A DNA stretch of 32,000 bases from Allobaculum fili (GTDB lineage Bacteria; Bacillota_I; Bacilli_A; Erysipelotrichales; Erysipelotrichaceae): NCBI RefSeq assembly GCF_020969955.1, contig NZ_JAHDSX010000002.1:30001-62000 (forward strand), read 5' to 3'. A program made the position numbers and the translations under genes. Numbering within the stretch: position 1 is the stretch's first letter; every line of letters begins with the position of its first letter. This document shows positions 1 through 9,034 of this stretch, in pieces. Below the pieces are notes generated by a model. It was not told the DNA's origin. It was given only the letters and a program-made list of their open reading frames with translations, and did not search any database.

Positions 1-975
1 GACGGATCCAAAGACAATACGATGAAGGAAATTCTGGAGATCGCCAAAATCGATCCGCGCGTTCGCTACATTTCCTTTTCCCGCAACTTTGGCAAGGAAA
101 GCGCCATTTACGCCGGTCTGGAAAACTCAGACGGCGATCTGACGGTCATCATGGACGCTGACCTGCAGGATCCGCCCGCACTGCTTCCTGAAATGATTGA
201 TGCGATCGAAAAGGAAGGCTATGACTCTGTCGCTACCCGGCGCGTGACCCGAAAAGGCGAGCCGAAAATCGTTTCCTTTTTTGCGCGCCGTTTTTATCAG
301 CTGATGAATCGAATGAGCGATGTGGACATGGTCGACGGCGCCCGGGACTACCGTATGATGAACCGCGAATTTGTGAACGCCATTCTGGAACTTGAAGAAT
401 ACAACCGCTTTTCCAAAGGCATCTTTGGCTGGGTTGGATTCAAAACCAAATGGCTCGAATACGAAAACATCAAGCGGGCAGCCGGCGAGACCAAGTGGTC
501 GTTCTGGAAGCTGTTTAAATACGCCATTACCGGCATCGTTTCTTTTTCGACCGTTCCGCTTCAGTTTGCGGCAGCTTTAGGCGTACTCTTTTCCTTAGTA
601 GCGTTTGTGATGATCATCGTGATTGTCGTGCGCAAAATCTGCTTTGGCGATCCGGTGCAGGGCTGGGCGTCTACGGTATGCATAATTATGCTGATTGGGG
701 GGATTCAGCTGCTTTCGATCGGGGTGCTCAGTCAGTACATTTCCCGCATGTATCTCGAAATCAAGGATCGTCCGATCTATTTGTGCGCCAGAACGAACCT
801 CGATGACGATGCGCCCGCGTCGGCTTTGCATCATGGCCGCCGCCGTTCTGTCCGCCTGTATGCGGATCGAGAGGATTACGGATCCGCGCCGCAGCGTGCA
901 GATCAAAAAAGGATACAGGCAGGAGAAGCGGATGCAGACGATACGGTTAGACCCGCTGATCCAGCGAACGAATAA
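1..975 (+). CDS. Family-2 glycosyltransferase (GtrB/DPM1-like polyprenyl-phosphate sugar transferase), 5'-truncated by the window edge
   Basis: Frame 1 is open from base 1 (DGSKDNT precedes the listed Met at 22). It has a 'VIMDADLQDPP' DxD-type motif, two C-terminal TM helices and a GtrB-type 'YLEIKDRPIY' end, followed by a ~60-aa Arg/Asp/Ala-rich tail. Confidence 0.8.
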   Translation, partial: DGSKDNTMKEILEIAKIDPRVRYISFSRNFGKESAIYAGLENSDGDLTVIMDADLQDPPALLPEMIDAIEKEGYDSVATRRVTRKGEPKIVSFFARRFYQLMNRMSDVDMVDGARDYRMMNREFVNAILELEEYNRFSKGIFGWVGFKTKWLEYENIKRAAGETKWSFWKLFKYAITGIVSFSTVPLQFAAALGVLFSLVAFVMIIVIVVRKICFGDPVQGWASTVCIIMLIGGIQLLSIGVLSQYISRMYLEIKDRPIYLCARTNLDDDAPASALHHGRRRSVRLYADREDYGSAPQRADQKRIQAGEADADDTVRPADPANE

Positions 976-1025
976 GAATCCTGAGCTTTCCCTAATAACG
1001 GAAAGCTTATAGAAAGAAGGGTAAA

Positions 1026-1787
1026 GTGATGGAACTTCTTACCTGGAATGTGAATGGAATCCGGGCTCTGGCTCGAAAGGGCCTGGAGCAGATGCTGGAT
1101 TATCTGAATGCGGACATTGTCTGCTTTCAGGAAATTAAGGCGACGGAAGATCAGATTGAACTGAATCCTGATCTTTATCCGTATCAGTACGTGAATTCAG
1201 CCGTAAAGAAAGGCTATTCCGGAACGATGATTGCCTCCCGCATGGAAGCAAAAAAAGTCGTCCGGGGAATCGGGATCGAAGAATTCGATCAGGAAGGCCG
1301 CGTGATTACCGCATATTTTGAACACTTTGCGGTCGTCTGCGTTTACGTGCCCAACTCGCAGGAAAATCTGAAACGAATCGACTACCGTCTTCGCTTTGAC
1401 AAGGCGTTTACCGACTATCTTCGCTCCATCGATCTTCCTCTGTTGGTGTGCGGGGATTTCAACGTTGCGCGCACTGCGCAGGATATCTGGGATGAGGCCG
1501 ATGGAGAAGGAAGCGCCGGCTATTCTGAACAGGAAAGAAACAGTTTTGAAACGAACTACCTGTCCGATCTGGCTGACGTGTACCGCGTTCTGAAGCCAGA
1601 GGGCCGCGATTATTCCTGGTGGTCCTACCAGAAACGCAGCCGCGATCGCAATGCCGGCTGGCGAATCGATTACTGGCTGGCTTCCAGGGACCTCATGGAC
1701 AAGGTGGAGGACATCGAAATTCTTGGTGATCTGTACGGCAGCGATCACTGTCCGGTTCTGCTTACGATCGATCTTCCAGAAGAATAA
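1026..1787 (+). CDS. xth: Exodeoxyribonuclease III (AP endonuclease, ExoIII/ExoA family)
   Basis: 253 aa with 'WNVNGIRA', 'CFQEIK', 'VCGDFNVA' and 'GSDHCPV' EEP-nuclease motifs. Start is GTG 1026 or ATG 1029, downstream of 'gaaggg'. Confidence 0.9.
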   Translation: MMELLTWNVNGIRALARKGLEQMLDYLNADIVCFQEIKATEDQIELNPDLYPYQYVNSAVKKGYSGTMIASRMEAKKVVRGIGIEEFDQEGRVITAYFEHFAVVCVYVPNSQENLKRIDYRLRFDKAFTDYLRSIDLPLLVCGDFNVARTAQDIWDEADGEGSAGYSEQERNSFETNYLSDLADVYRVLKPEGRDYSWWSYQKRSRDRNAGWRIDYWLASRDLMDKVEDIEILGDLYGSDHCPVLLTIDLPEE

Positions 1788-1855
1788 AGGCTTTTTCTCA
1801 GCTGAGATTTCTTCTGTTCGCCTGCCGCGAGCGGATTTGCCAAATCAAAAACAGA

Positions 1856-1894
1856 CGGCCCGGTCTGACAGGACAGTCAGCCGGGCCGCTTTTT
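1856..1894 (+). terminator. Rho-independent terminator of xth
   Basis: CGGCCCGGTCTGAC / GTCAGCCGGGCCG stem (one bulge), loop aggaca, followed by CTTTTT. Confidence 0.8.
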
Positions 1895-2028
1895 GATGGC
1901 GTTATGAAATACAGGGCGAATGGAAAGCGTCGGAAAAGCCAAAATCATGGCATCCGTTCTGGTGTATTGAAAACTGGTCCAGAATGTCGCTAATCGGAAA
2001 TGAAAACTGATCCAGAGAGAGAACAAAG

Positions 2029-2075
2029 GAAAAAGCCTGAGAGGCTGCATGAGCAGTTTCTCAGGCTTGATTTTT
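2029..2075 (-). terminator. Bidirectional hairpin terminator ending the serC-serA-DUF1015 operon
   Basis: AAGCCTGAGA / TCTCAGGCTT 10-bp stem, flanked by an A-run on one side and a T-run on the other. It lies 28 nt downstream of the DUF1015 stop. Confidence 0.7.
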
Positions 2076-2102
2076 AACAGATGAATTTCAGGAGGGACAA
2101 AT

Positions 2103-3344
2103 TCAGGAATCGGATTCGTCTTTGAAACGGAGGCGCTTGCCTTCCAGGTAGTAGCGCTTTTCCTGAGCATGACCCATAGAGAACGTCTTACGCGGAAGCG
2201 AACCGTCGGCTTCGATGGTTTCAAACAGGGAATCCCGTTCGATTTTTGGAAGGAAGAATCCGATGGATCCATCCTGCGAGGCCAGATCTTCGAGATCTTT
2301 TTCGCCATGGATGTAATCGATCGTTCCTTCGTTTTCGGCCAGCCACTCGTCCAGCTGCTTCTGAAGCACAGCCAGAGGAAGCGGGGAAATCGCATCGTCG
2401 AGAACGATCGTACCGTTTTCGCCCCCGGCTGCCCATTCGATGGGGTAACCGCCCTGAGCGGGTGCTTTCTCGTTGAAATAAGCGATCAGCCCAGCCGGAT
2501 CGGTATTTTTGATGATGCGGTGAATCGGTTCGAACTTCTGGGCTTCATCCTGCAGGTTTTCCAGTTCGGCTAAGGCGAAACGGGCCGGATGAACGCGCTT
2601 TTCTTCTTCTGTAAGTGTCGGCTTGATTTCTTCCCAGATCGTTTTGGCAGCGGCAAGAGAATGGTTTCCATCGCCGACCGCATAAACGAGCGGATTGGGC
2701 AGGGAAGAACGGGTTTCGTATTCGGAAATCCAGGCGCAGACGAGATCTTTTTCTTCGCCCTGAATGATGCGTCCAGTGATGTGGCCGCCGTCTTTCATGA
2801 GGTCAAAATCGTAAAGAACCGGCAGAGTTTCCCGAATGGCGTGAAGCTGCTTGAACAGCGCGTCTTCGGCATCGTTCTGAAGCAGAAGAATGTGCGGGAA
2901 TTCAAGAATGGCATCGCGGCGAATCTGGGCACGCGGCGGAATGCGTTCCAGAATCGTGGCTTCCGTTGCACGGATCGGACGATCCGTCGGGCAATGGTAG
3001 TCGTATTCTTCGAGATCAAGCGCGCCGACCAGACCTTTACGGATCGAACCGTCGACGAGCGTACGTTCTACATAAATCAGGCAGTCCCTGAGTTCTTTGA
3101 GCACGCCGTCGTTTAAGTAGCTCGACATGTTCTGGGCAATTGTTGCCTGATGGGCTTCGCCCTGTTTCGTTTCCAGCCAGGCTTCCGGGAGGATCAGATT
3201 CAGCGTACTTGGGGAATCCTGGATTGATTTCGCCACCGAGTTCCAGTATTCGGGATTGCTGGAATACTGGTCGCAGGCGACAACCGCCCAGTCCCTGAAG
3301 TTGCCGTTGGCCGGAATGAGGATATCAGCAGAAGAGAAGATCAT
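2103..3344 (-). CDS. DUF1015 family protein (function unknown), last gene of the serine-biosynthesis operon
   Basis: 413 aa. The N-terminus 'ILIPANGNFRDWAVVACDQYSS..EYW' is the typical DUF1015 signature. The start overlaps the serA stop (TAATG). Confidence 0.75.
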   Translation of the reverse strand: MIFSSADILIPANGNFRDWAVVACDQYSSNPEYWNSVAKSIQDSPSTLNLILPEAWLETKQGEAHQATIAQNMSSYLNDGVLKELRDCLIYVERTLVDGSIRKGLVGALDLEEYDYHCPTDRPIRATEATILERIPPRAQIRRDAILEFPHILLLQNDAEDALFKQLHAIRETLPVLYDFDLMKDGGHITGRIIQGEEKDLVCAWISEYETRSSLPNPLVYAVGDGNHSLAAAKTIWEEIKPTLTEEEKRVHPARFALAELENLQDEAQKFEPIHRIIKNTDPAGLIAYFNEKAPAQGGYPIEWAAGGENGTIVLDDAISPLPLAVLQKQLDEWLAENEGTIDYIHGEKDLEDLASQDGSIGFFLPKIERDSLFETIEADGSLPRKTFSMGHAQEKRYYLEGKRLRFKDESDS

Positions 3345-4516
3345 TACTTCGCATCCTTTTCAAAGAGGTTTACGCGGATGACTTCATCCAGGCTGCGGAT
3401 GGCTTCCAGGGATTCTTCGGTCGGTTTTTCTTCGAGATCGAGAATGGTGTAGGAAATGTTGCCGCGGGATTTGTTCAGGAGGTTTTCGATGTTGGATCCG
3501 TTTGCGGACAGGATGTCAGTCATTCTGGAGAGCACTTTCGGCTTGTTGGAATGGATGACGCCGACACGGTACGGCATTCTCAGTTCGAGAGATACGTTTG
3601 GCAGGTTGACGGAGTTGATGATGCTGCCTTCTTCGAGGTAGGCACGCAGTTCCTTTGCAGCCGCAACGGCGCAGTTTTCTTCGGATTCAGCCGTGCTTGC
3701 ACCGAGGTGCGGCAGAGCAATGACACCAGGATGTCCGGCGAGCTTGGCGTCTGGGAAGTCAGTTACGTACAGAGCGACTTTTCCGGAATCGAGCGCTTCG
3801 AGGATATCGTCATCGTTAACGAGTCCGCCGCGCGCGAAGTTCATGATTTTCACGCCGTCTTTCATCTGGGCGATGGTTTCCTTGTTGATCAGGCCGCGTG
3901 TGGAATCGAGCAGCGGCAGATGGAGGGAGACGAAGTCGGCATCCGCAAGCAGATCTTTGAGATCTGTCTTGTGCTCTACCCAGCGGGAGAGTTTCAGAGC
4001 GGATTCAACGGAAAGGTAAGGGTCATAGCCCATAACGTTCATATCGAGATGGAGCGCGGTGTTGGCCAGCTTGCTTCCGATGGCGCCAAGACCGATGACA
4101 CCGAGTTTCTTTCCGGCGATTTCGTTGCCGGCGTATTTCTTTTTCTGCTTTTCTACGTCTTTGGCAAGCGTTTCGCTGCCGGCCTGGGTGTTAACCCATT
4201 CCATACCGTGATACAGATCGCGGCTGGCGAGAAGCAGTCCGGCAATTACGAGTTCCTTAACGGCGTTGGCGTTGGCACCCGGCGTATTGAATACGGCGAT
4301 GCCGCGTTTTGTGCATTCGTCAAGATCGATGTTGTTGACGCCGGCGCCGGCACGGGCGATGGCTTTCAGTGTTTCTGGATAATCCAGGTTATGCAGATCC
4401 GCACTGCGGACCATGATGGCGTCCGGGTTGGCGGCGTTGGCTTCATACGTGTAGGTTTCGTCAAATACTGCGGTTCCTTTGTCCGAAATCGCGTTCAGTA
4501 AAGAAATGGTTCTCAT
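3344..4516 (-). CDS. serA: D-3-phosphoglycerate dehydrogenase with C-terminal ACT domain
   Basis: 390 aa with a Rossmann 'GVIGLGAIGSKLA' motif, a 2-hydroxyacid dehydrogenase core ('LPHLGAST') and an ACT-like tail. It overlaps the serC stop by 4 nt (ATGA). Confidence 0.9.
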   Translation of the reverse strand: MRTISLLNAISDKGTAVFDETYTYEANAANPDAIMVRSADLHNLDYPETLKAIARAGAGVNNIDLDECTKRGIAVFNTPGANANAVKELVIAGLLLASRDLYHGMEWVNTQAGSETLAKDVEKQKKKYAGNEIAGKKLGVIGLGAIGSKLANTALHLDMNVMGYDPYLSVESALKLSRWVEHKTDLKDLLADADFVSLHLPLLDSTRGLINKETIAQMKDGVKIMNFARGGLVNDDDILEALDSGKVALYVTDFPDAKLAGHPGVIALPHLGASTAESEENCAVAAAKELRAYLEEGSIINSVNLPNVSLELRMPYRVGVIHSNKPKVLSRMTDILSANGSNIENLLNKSRGNISYTILDLEEKPTEESLEAIRSLDEVIRVNLFEKDAK

Positions 4517-5595
4517 ACGTGTTCCTCTTCAAATGCTTTCATAAAGTCGACAAGGGCTTTTACGCCTTCTACAGGCATGGCGTTGTAAATGGAAGCGCGC
4601 ATGCCGCCGACGGTACGGTGACCTTTCAGGTTTTCAAAACCGGCTTCTTTGGCTTTGGCGATGAATTCTTTATCGAGTTCCGGATCGCCGGTTACGAACG
4701 GGATGTTGACCAGGGAACGGTCTTCTACCGCTACCGGGTTAGAGAACATCTTGGAGTTATCGAGGTAGTCATAGAGAAGGCCGGCTTTTTCCTGATTGAT
4801 CTTTTCCATGTTTTCCAGACCGCCGATCTGTTCTTCGAGCCATTTGCAGACAAGGCCGACCATGTAAATGCCGTATGTAGGAGGCGTGTTGTACATGGAA
4901 TCGTGGTCTACGTAAGTCTTGTAGTCGAGCATGGCCGAAGGAATATCGTCGCGCTGCTCATCGAGCAGGTCTTTCTTGATGATGACCAGAGTAACGCCGG
5001 CAGGACCGAGATTTTTCTGGGCGCCCGCAAAGATCATGTCATACTGGGTGACATCTAGCGGTTCAGTGAAAATGCAGCTCGAAAGGTCTGCAATCAGACG
5101 CTTGCCTTCATGAGGCGGCAGATTTTTGTACTTTGTTCCGTAGATGGTGTTGTTTTCGCAGATGTAGACGTAGTCTGTATCCGGATCCAGATCTTCCTGG
5201 GTAATTTTTGGAATATATGTGAACGTTTTGTCGCTGCTGTCTCCGGCAAGATGAACACGGCCAAGTTTTTTCGCTTCTGCGATGGCTTTCTTTGTCCACT
5301 GACCGGTGTTGATGATATCAGCTCCGTTTTTGTTGAAGTTCATTGGAACCATGGAGAACTGAAGGTTTCCGCCTCCCTGCAGGAAGAGGATTTCGTAGTC
5401 TTCCGGAATGCTGGCCAGACGACGAATGGTATCTTTGGTTTCCTGAAGAATGGATTCGAAGGCCTTGGAACGGTGAGACATTTCCATCACGCTCATTCCA
5501 GATCCTCTGGCATCCAGCATTTCATCGGCTGCTGTTTTCAGCACCCATTCAGGCATACAGGCCGGGCCTGCAGAAAAGTTATACACTTTACTCAT
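4513..5595 (-). CDS. serC: Phosphoserine aminotransferase
   Basis: 360 aa with a 'YNFSAGPA' N-terminus and the 'GAQKNLGPAG' PLP-lysine motif. RBS is GGAG 7 nt upstream. Confidence 0.92.
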   Translation of the reverse strand: MSKVYNFSAGPACMPEWVLKTAADEMLDARGSGMSVMEMSHRSKAFESILQETKDTIRRLASIPEDYEILFLQGGGNLQFSMVPMNFNKNGADIINTGQWTKKAIAEAKKLGRVHLAGDSSDKTFTYIPKITQEDLDPDTDYVYICENNTIYGTKYKNLPPHEGKRLIADLSSCIFTEPLDVTQYDMIFAGAQKNLGPAGVTLVIIKKDLLDEQRDDIPSAMLDYKTYVDHDSMYNTPPTYGIYMVGLVCKWLEEQIGGLENMEKINQEKAGLLYDYLDNSKMFSNPVAVEDRSLVNIPFVTGDPELDKEFIAKAKEAGFENLKGHRTVGGMRASIYNAMPVEGVKALVDFMKAFEEEHV

Positions 5596-6044
5596 TTTGA
5601 TCTCCGTTTCTAAATTTCCAGATTCCTGTATCGATCAGAAATCGTGTACAGCGTTCACGATTCGTGATCTCAAGAGGAATATGTAAGTTATATCACTCGA
5701 AGGGAAAGTCAAAAAATCTGGATCGGCTTTTTACTAAAATTCGCCTGAGAGTGTACGCAAATGTGAAAATTTTCATTTTTCCGGACTTGCTTTCTGAAAG
5801 AAAAATTGGTTCAGAAAACAGAGATGGCTTTCAAAAGGGCGAATCCAATCCGAATTGGGCGATGCGTGCGGAAAATACGCCGCGTAACCGTCTTTTGCCT
5901 CGAATGAACGTCCATTCGCGTACAAAACAGAAAGAAAAACCGTGCTCTGTTCAGCCGGCGCATGCAGAAGCTGACAACCGCTCCATGCGCTCGTGTACGG
6001 CAAAAGGCTGCCGGAAAATGGGAAACGGCAGGCGGCAGTGGATT

Positions 6045-6053
6045 TGGTATAAT
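6045..6053 (+). promoter_or_regulatory. Extended -10 promoter element (TGgTATAAT), candidate ruvA promoter
   Basis: 'tttGgTATAAT' read directly, about 100 nt upstream of the ruvA ATG. There is no convincing -35. Confidence 0.4.
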
Positions 6054-6152
6054 GGGAAGGCTGGTCCGAGCGCGAAAATGCACAGGGAAATTCGGCGTAT
6101 TGAGTCGAATGGAAAGCGACGGAAACAGCGAGAAAAACAGGGAGGAAGGCCT

Positions 6153-6752
6153 ATGATTGGATATCTGGAAGGAACCGTTTTAAAAACGCGAAAAGACAGT
6201 CTGATTCTTCAGTGCGGACCGATCGGCTTCATCGTCTATGTGCCCGCGGCCAAAAGCTACGCGCCAGGCCAGGCTCTCTCTTTATATTGTTATCAGCAGT
6301 TCAAGGAAGACGATCAGTGCCTGTACGGCTTTGAAAGCGAAGCGCTTTACGATCTGTTCGTACTCCTGATTCAGGTCAAGGGCATTGGATGCAAAATGGC
6401 GCTCAACATGCTTGCCGCCTCGAATGAATCGTCCATTATCCGGGCGATTGAAAACGGCGATGCCGCAGCACTCAAAAAGCTGCCGGGCATCGGTGCCAAA
6501 ACCGCTGGCCAGATTCTGCTCGATCTCAAGGGAAAAGTCGTTCTTCCCGAAGACAAGCCCAAATCCAAGGACAGTGCTGCTCCATCCGATCCCGTTGTCG
6601 CGGAAGTCAGCGATGCCCTGTTATCGCTGGGCTATCGTCAGCCGGAAATCGACAGTCTGAAGCTGAACGAACAGCTGGCGCAGTATCCGCAGACCGACGC
6701 GCTTTTACGCTTTGCGCTGCGTGAACTGGCGCGCAGAAAAAAAGGCGTCTGA
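6153..6752 (+). CDS. ruvA: Holliday junction DNA helicase subunit RuvA
   Basis: Real start is ATG 6153 (MIGYLEGTV...) behind a GGAGGA RBS. Two HhH motifs are present ('VKGIGCKMAL', 'LPGIGAKTAGQI'). The listed ORF start at 5664 is a non-coding extension. Confidence 0.9.
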   Translation: MIGYLEGTVLKTRKDSLILQCGPIGFIVYVPAAKSYAPGQALSLYCYQQFKEDDQCLYGFESEALYDLFVLLIQVKGIGCKMALNMLAASNESSIIRAIENGDAAALKKLPGIGAKTAGQILLDLKGKVVLPEDKPKSKDSAAPSDPVVAEVSDALLSLGYRQPEIDSLKLNEQLAQYPQTDALLRFALRELARRKKGV

Positions 6753-7113
6753 GAGGCGCCCGGATCGTCAAGTCCAAACGCGTTTAACCTTACAACAATT
6801 TCGTTCTGTCTGAACAAATTTCTACCATATTTATTTATTTATTAGGGATCCGTTTGGGTCTCTCTTCATAGAAGGCCGAAAATGAAATCGGTAACATTTT
6901 CTGAATAAAAGAGCAGAGAGAAATCCAGAGGAACCAGATCCGAAACGAATCGGGTCCGAACGGAATCAAACGGTTCTGAAAAAAACGATCCGCAAAAGAA
7001 TACGTACCCAAAAGAAAAACTGGAACGAATGGATTCCAGTACTCATAAAGTAAAGCCCCCGATCCGGCGCAGTTTCTGGCGTCTCGATCGGAAAGTGAAA
7101 GAAAGGAGGACCT

Positions 7114-8145
7114 ATGGAAGAAGAACGTCTTGTAGATGCAGCCGAGCAGACCGAAGACAAAGATCAGGCGCTGCGTCCGGCAACGCTGGCGGAATACATT
7201 GGCCAGCAGGAACTGAAACAAAATCTTAACGTCTACATTCAGGCGGCCAGAAGCCGCAGCGAAGTTCTGGACCACGTCCTTTTATACGGACCTCCCGGAC
7301 TGGGAAAGACGACCCTGGCGATGATCATCGCCCATGAAATGAACGGCAATCTCGTGACCGCTTCCGGTCCGGCGATTCAGAAATCCGGTGATCTGGCGGC
7401 GATTTTATCGACGCTGGAAGCCGGCGATGTGCTCTTTATTGATGAAATTCACCGCATTCCGCGCCAGATTGAAGAAATTCTCTATTCGGCGATGGAAGAC
7501 TTTTATCTCGATATTGTGGTCGGAAAGGAAGGCGCTTCAGCCCATTCGATCCGTCTGGCTCTGCCGCCCTTTACGCTGGTCGGCGCAACAACCCGTGCCG
7601 GCGATCTTTCCGCGCCGCTGCGCGACCGCTTTGGCATCGTGCTGCCGCTCGAATATTACGCGCAGGCCGATCTCGAAAAGATCGTCAGCCGTACGTCGGG
7701 CATTCTCAACACATCGATTGAAGATGATGCGATTGGCGAAGTGGCCAGACGCTCGCGCGGTACGCCGCGTATCGCCAACCGCCTGCTCCGCCGCATCCGC
7801 GACTTTGCCCAGGTGTATAACGGCGGACACATTTCCCTTGATGTGGCCGGTGATGCGCTCGACCGCATGAAAGTCGACGATCTTGGTCTGGATCAGGTGG
7901 ACCGCAAATATCTCGAAGGCATCATTTTCCGCTTTGGCGGCGGACCCGTCGGTGTAGAAGCCCTCGCCAGTTCCATTGGCGAAGACGCGGCGACACTCGA
8001 AGACATGTACGAGCCGTTTCTGCTGCAGACCGGTCTGATTAACCGGACCCCGCGCGGCCGTATTGCTACGCCGAAAGCGTACGCCCATCTGCACATTACC
8101 GAGTCGGCTTTGCACGACGAGGCAGAAGACGATTCGCAGGATTAA
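7114..8145 (+). CDS. ruvB: Holliday junction ATP-dependent DNA helicase RuvB
   Basis: 343 aa with Walker A 'GPPGLGKTT', Walker B 'FIDEIHR' and '[12 protein letters not shown]'. RBS is AAGGAGG. Confidence 0.95.
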   Translation: MEEERLVDAAEQTEDKDQALRPATLAEYIGQQELKQNLNVYIQAARSRSEVLDHVLLYGPPGLGKTTLAMIIAHEMNGNLVTASGPAIQKSGDLAAILSTLEAGDVLFIDEIHRIPRQIEEILYSAMEDFYLDIVVGKEGASAHSIRLALPPFTLVGATTRAGDLSAPLRDRFGIVLPLEYYAQADLEKIVSRTSGILNTSIEDDAIGEVARRSRGTPRIANRLLRRIRDFAQVYNGGHISLDVAGDALDRMKVDDLGLDQVDRKYLEGIIFRFGGGPVGVEALASSIGEDAATLEDMYEPFLLQTGLINRTPRGRIATPKAYAHLHITESALHDEAEDDSQD

Positions 8146-8328
8146 GGACAAATCCGGCGAATGGACAGACGCGGCAAATCTGTACTGGAAATCCGTACGG
8201 TCAATCCGTACGCTACCACCAGAACAGCCCATCTAACAAAGACAGAGTTTAAGAAGATCGCGCGGCTTTCCCTGCGCGTTTTCTTACGCTCTCTCACGAA
8301 TTTTCCATACTGAAAAGGAGAACGAACT

Positions 8329-8832
8329 ATGCGATCCGTTTCGCGGCTTTCCTCTACGCTTTCTGAAACCGCTCTGGCAGTTCTGCTCGTTTTGGGCGTG
8401 CCTTTGCTGAGCGCCTGCGGTTCGTCCAGACGGACCGTCAGCTGTACGCAGACCAACGAGAACGGAAGTCTTTCTCTTCGTATGAGCGCACCTTCCGAAC
8501 AGAGCCAGGTCGAACTTCTGGAAATTACCATGAAGTATCCGCACGATTTCGATCAGCAGCTGACCGGCTATCGGGTCCCTTTGCAGGAAGGGGACAGCGA
8601 CGGCTCCAAAACAAAAAGCGCGCTGATTGCGGATGCCCTTGCGCAGACGCTTGGCATTCAGGCCGATCTGGTCAAAGTGAAGCGAGAAGATGATGGCTAT
8701 ATCGCCAGCGCGACAATTCAGAACATCCCCGCTCTGTTTGCCTCCCTTGGTCTGAGCGCAGACGGACTCGATCTCGACGAAATTGAAGCCGCCCTCGAAC
8801 AGGATGCGCAGTTTGCCTGTCTGCCCGAGTAG
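8329..8832 (+). CDS. Small secreted lipoprotein, paralog family 1 of 3 (DUF1307/YehR-like size and layout)
   Basis: Signal peptide plus lipobox 'LLSAC'. A Cys lies ~8 aa after the lipid Cys ('VSCTQ') and another is 4 residues from the C-terminus ('QFACLPE'). Confidence 0.75.
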   Translation: MRSVSRLSSTLSETALAVLLVLGVPLLSACGSSRRTVSCTQTNENGSLSLRMSAPSEQSQVELLEITMKYPHDFDQQLTGYRVPLQEGDSDGSKTKSALIADALAQTLGIQADLVKVKREDDGYIASATIQNIPALFASLGLSADGLDLDEIEAALEQDAQFACLPE

Positions 8833-8897
8833 GATCGCCAGATCGGCAAAAGAAAAGCGGTGTTTAAACCATCGAAAACAGATGTACAGACCGATTT

Positions 8898-8928
8898 ACG
8901 GGAAGGAGCAGCGGCTCTTTCCCGTTTT
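8898..8928 (+). terminator. Rho-independent terminator after the first lipoprotein gene
   Basis: ACGGGAAGGAGC / GCTCTTTCCCGT 12-bp stem (one G-U), loop agcg, followed by TTTT. Confidence 0.75.
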
Positions 8929-9034
8929 CCGCTTTACGCCCGACTGGCTTTCCAGAAAAGAATCCTTTCTTTTTCGCACCGAGCGTAGCAGCACGAATCG
9001 TCCGTTCGGGGTGGAGAAAAAGGGCGTGGATATA

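Noticed and set aside
786-975. A ~60-aa Arg/Asp/Ala-rich C-terminal tail on the GT2 glycosyltransferase, possibly a frameshift or fusion.
   Set aside because: No alternative frame continues a recognisable protein, and GtrB-like enzymes tolerate variable tails. The tail cannot be distinguished from a genuine disordered extension without homolog comparison.
5820-6000. Possible T-box leader for serC on the minus strand ('AAAAGACGGTTACGCGG' vaguely like the T-box 'GGGTGGTACCGCG').
   Set aside because: The core T-box sequence is poorly matched. I could not identify a specifier loop, AG/GNUGGA elements, or a terminator/antiterminator pair with a U-tract. A covariance-model scan is needed before any call.
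5664-6152. N-terminal ORF extensions in the track: ruvA from 5664, recJ from 8783, apt from 10733, terS from 26546, amidoligase from 28471, HNH from 25842, and the 25583 and 25325 starts.
   Set aside because: The extensions are Arg/Lys-rich junk, overlap upstream genes or terminators, and lack an RBS. Internal starts with good Shine-Dalgarno sequences coincide with the conserved N-termini.
6966-7046. A 26-aa hydrophobic minus-strand ORF (MSTGIHSFQFFFWVRILLRIVFFRTV) in the ruvA-ruvB spacer, superficially like a type I toxin.
   Set aside because: Three Arg residues interrupt the hydrophobic stretch. There is no clear promoter or antisense RNA partner, and only a weak G-run serves as RBS. It is most likely a chance ORF.
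6840-7095. An apparent cluster of GATC(C/G)G sites in the ruvA-ruvB spacer, suggestive of a Dam-type or SeqA-like control region.
   Set aside because: GATC and GATCCG are frequent throughout the host part of the window, including in coding regions, so the cluster is not clearly enriched.
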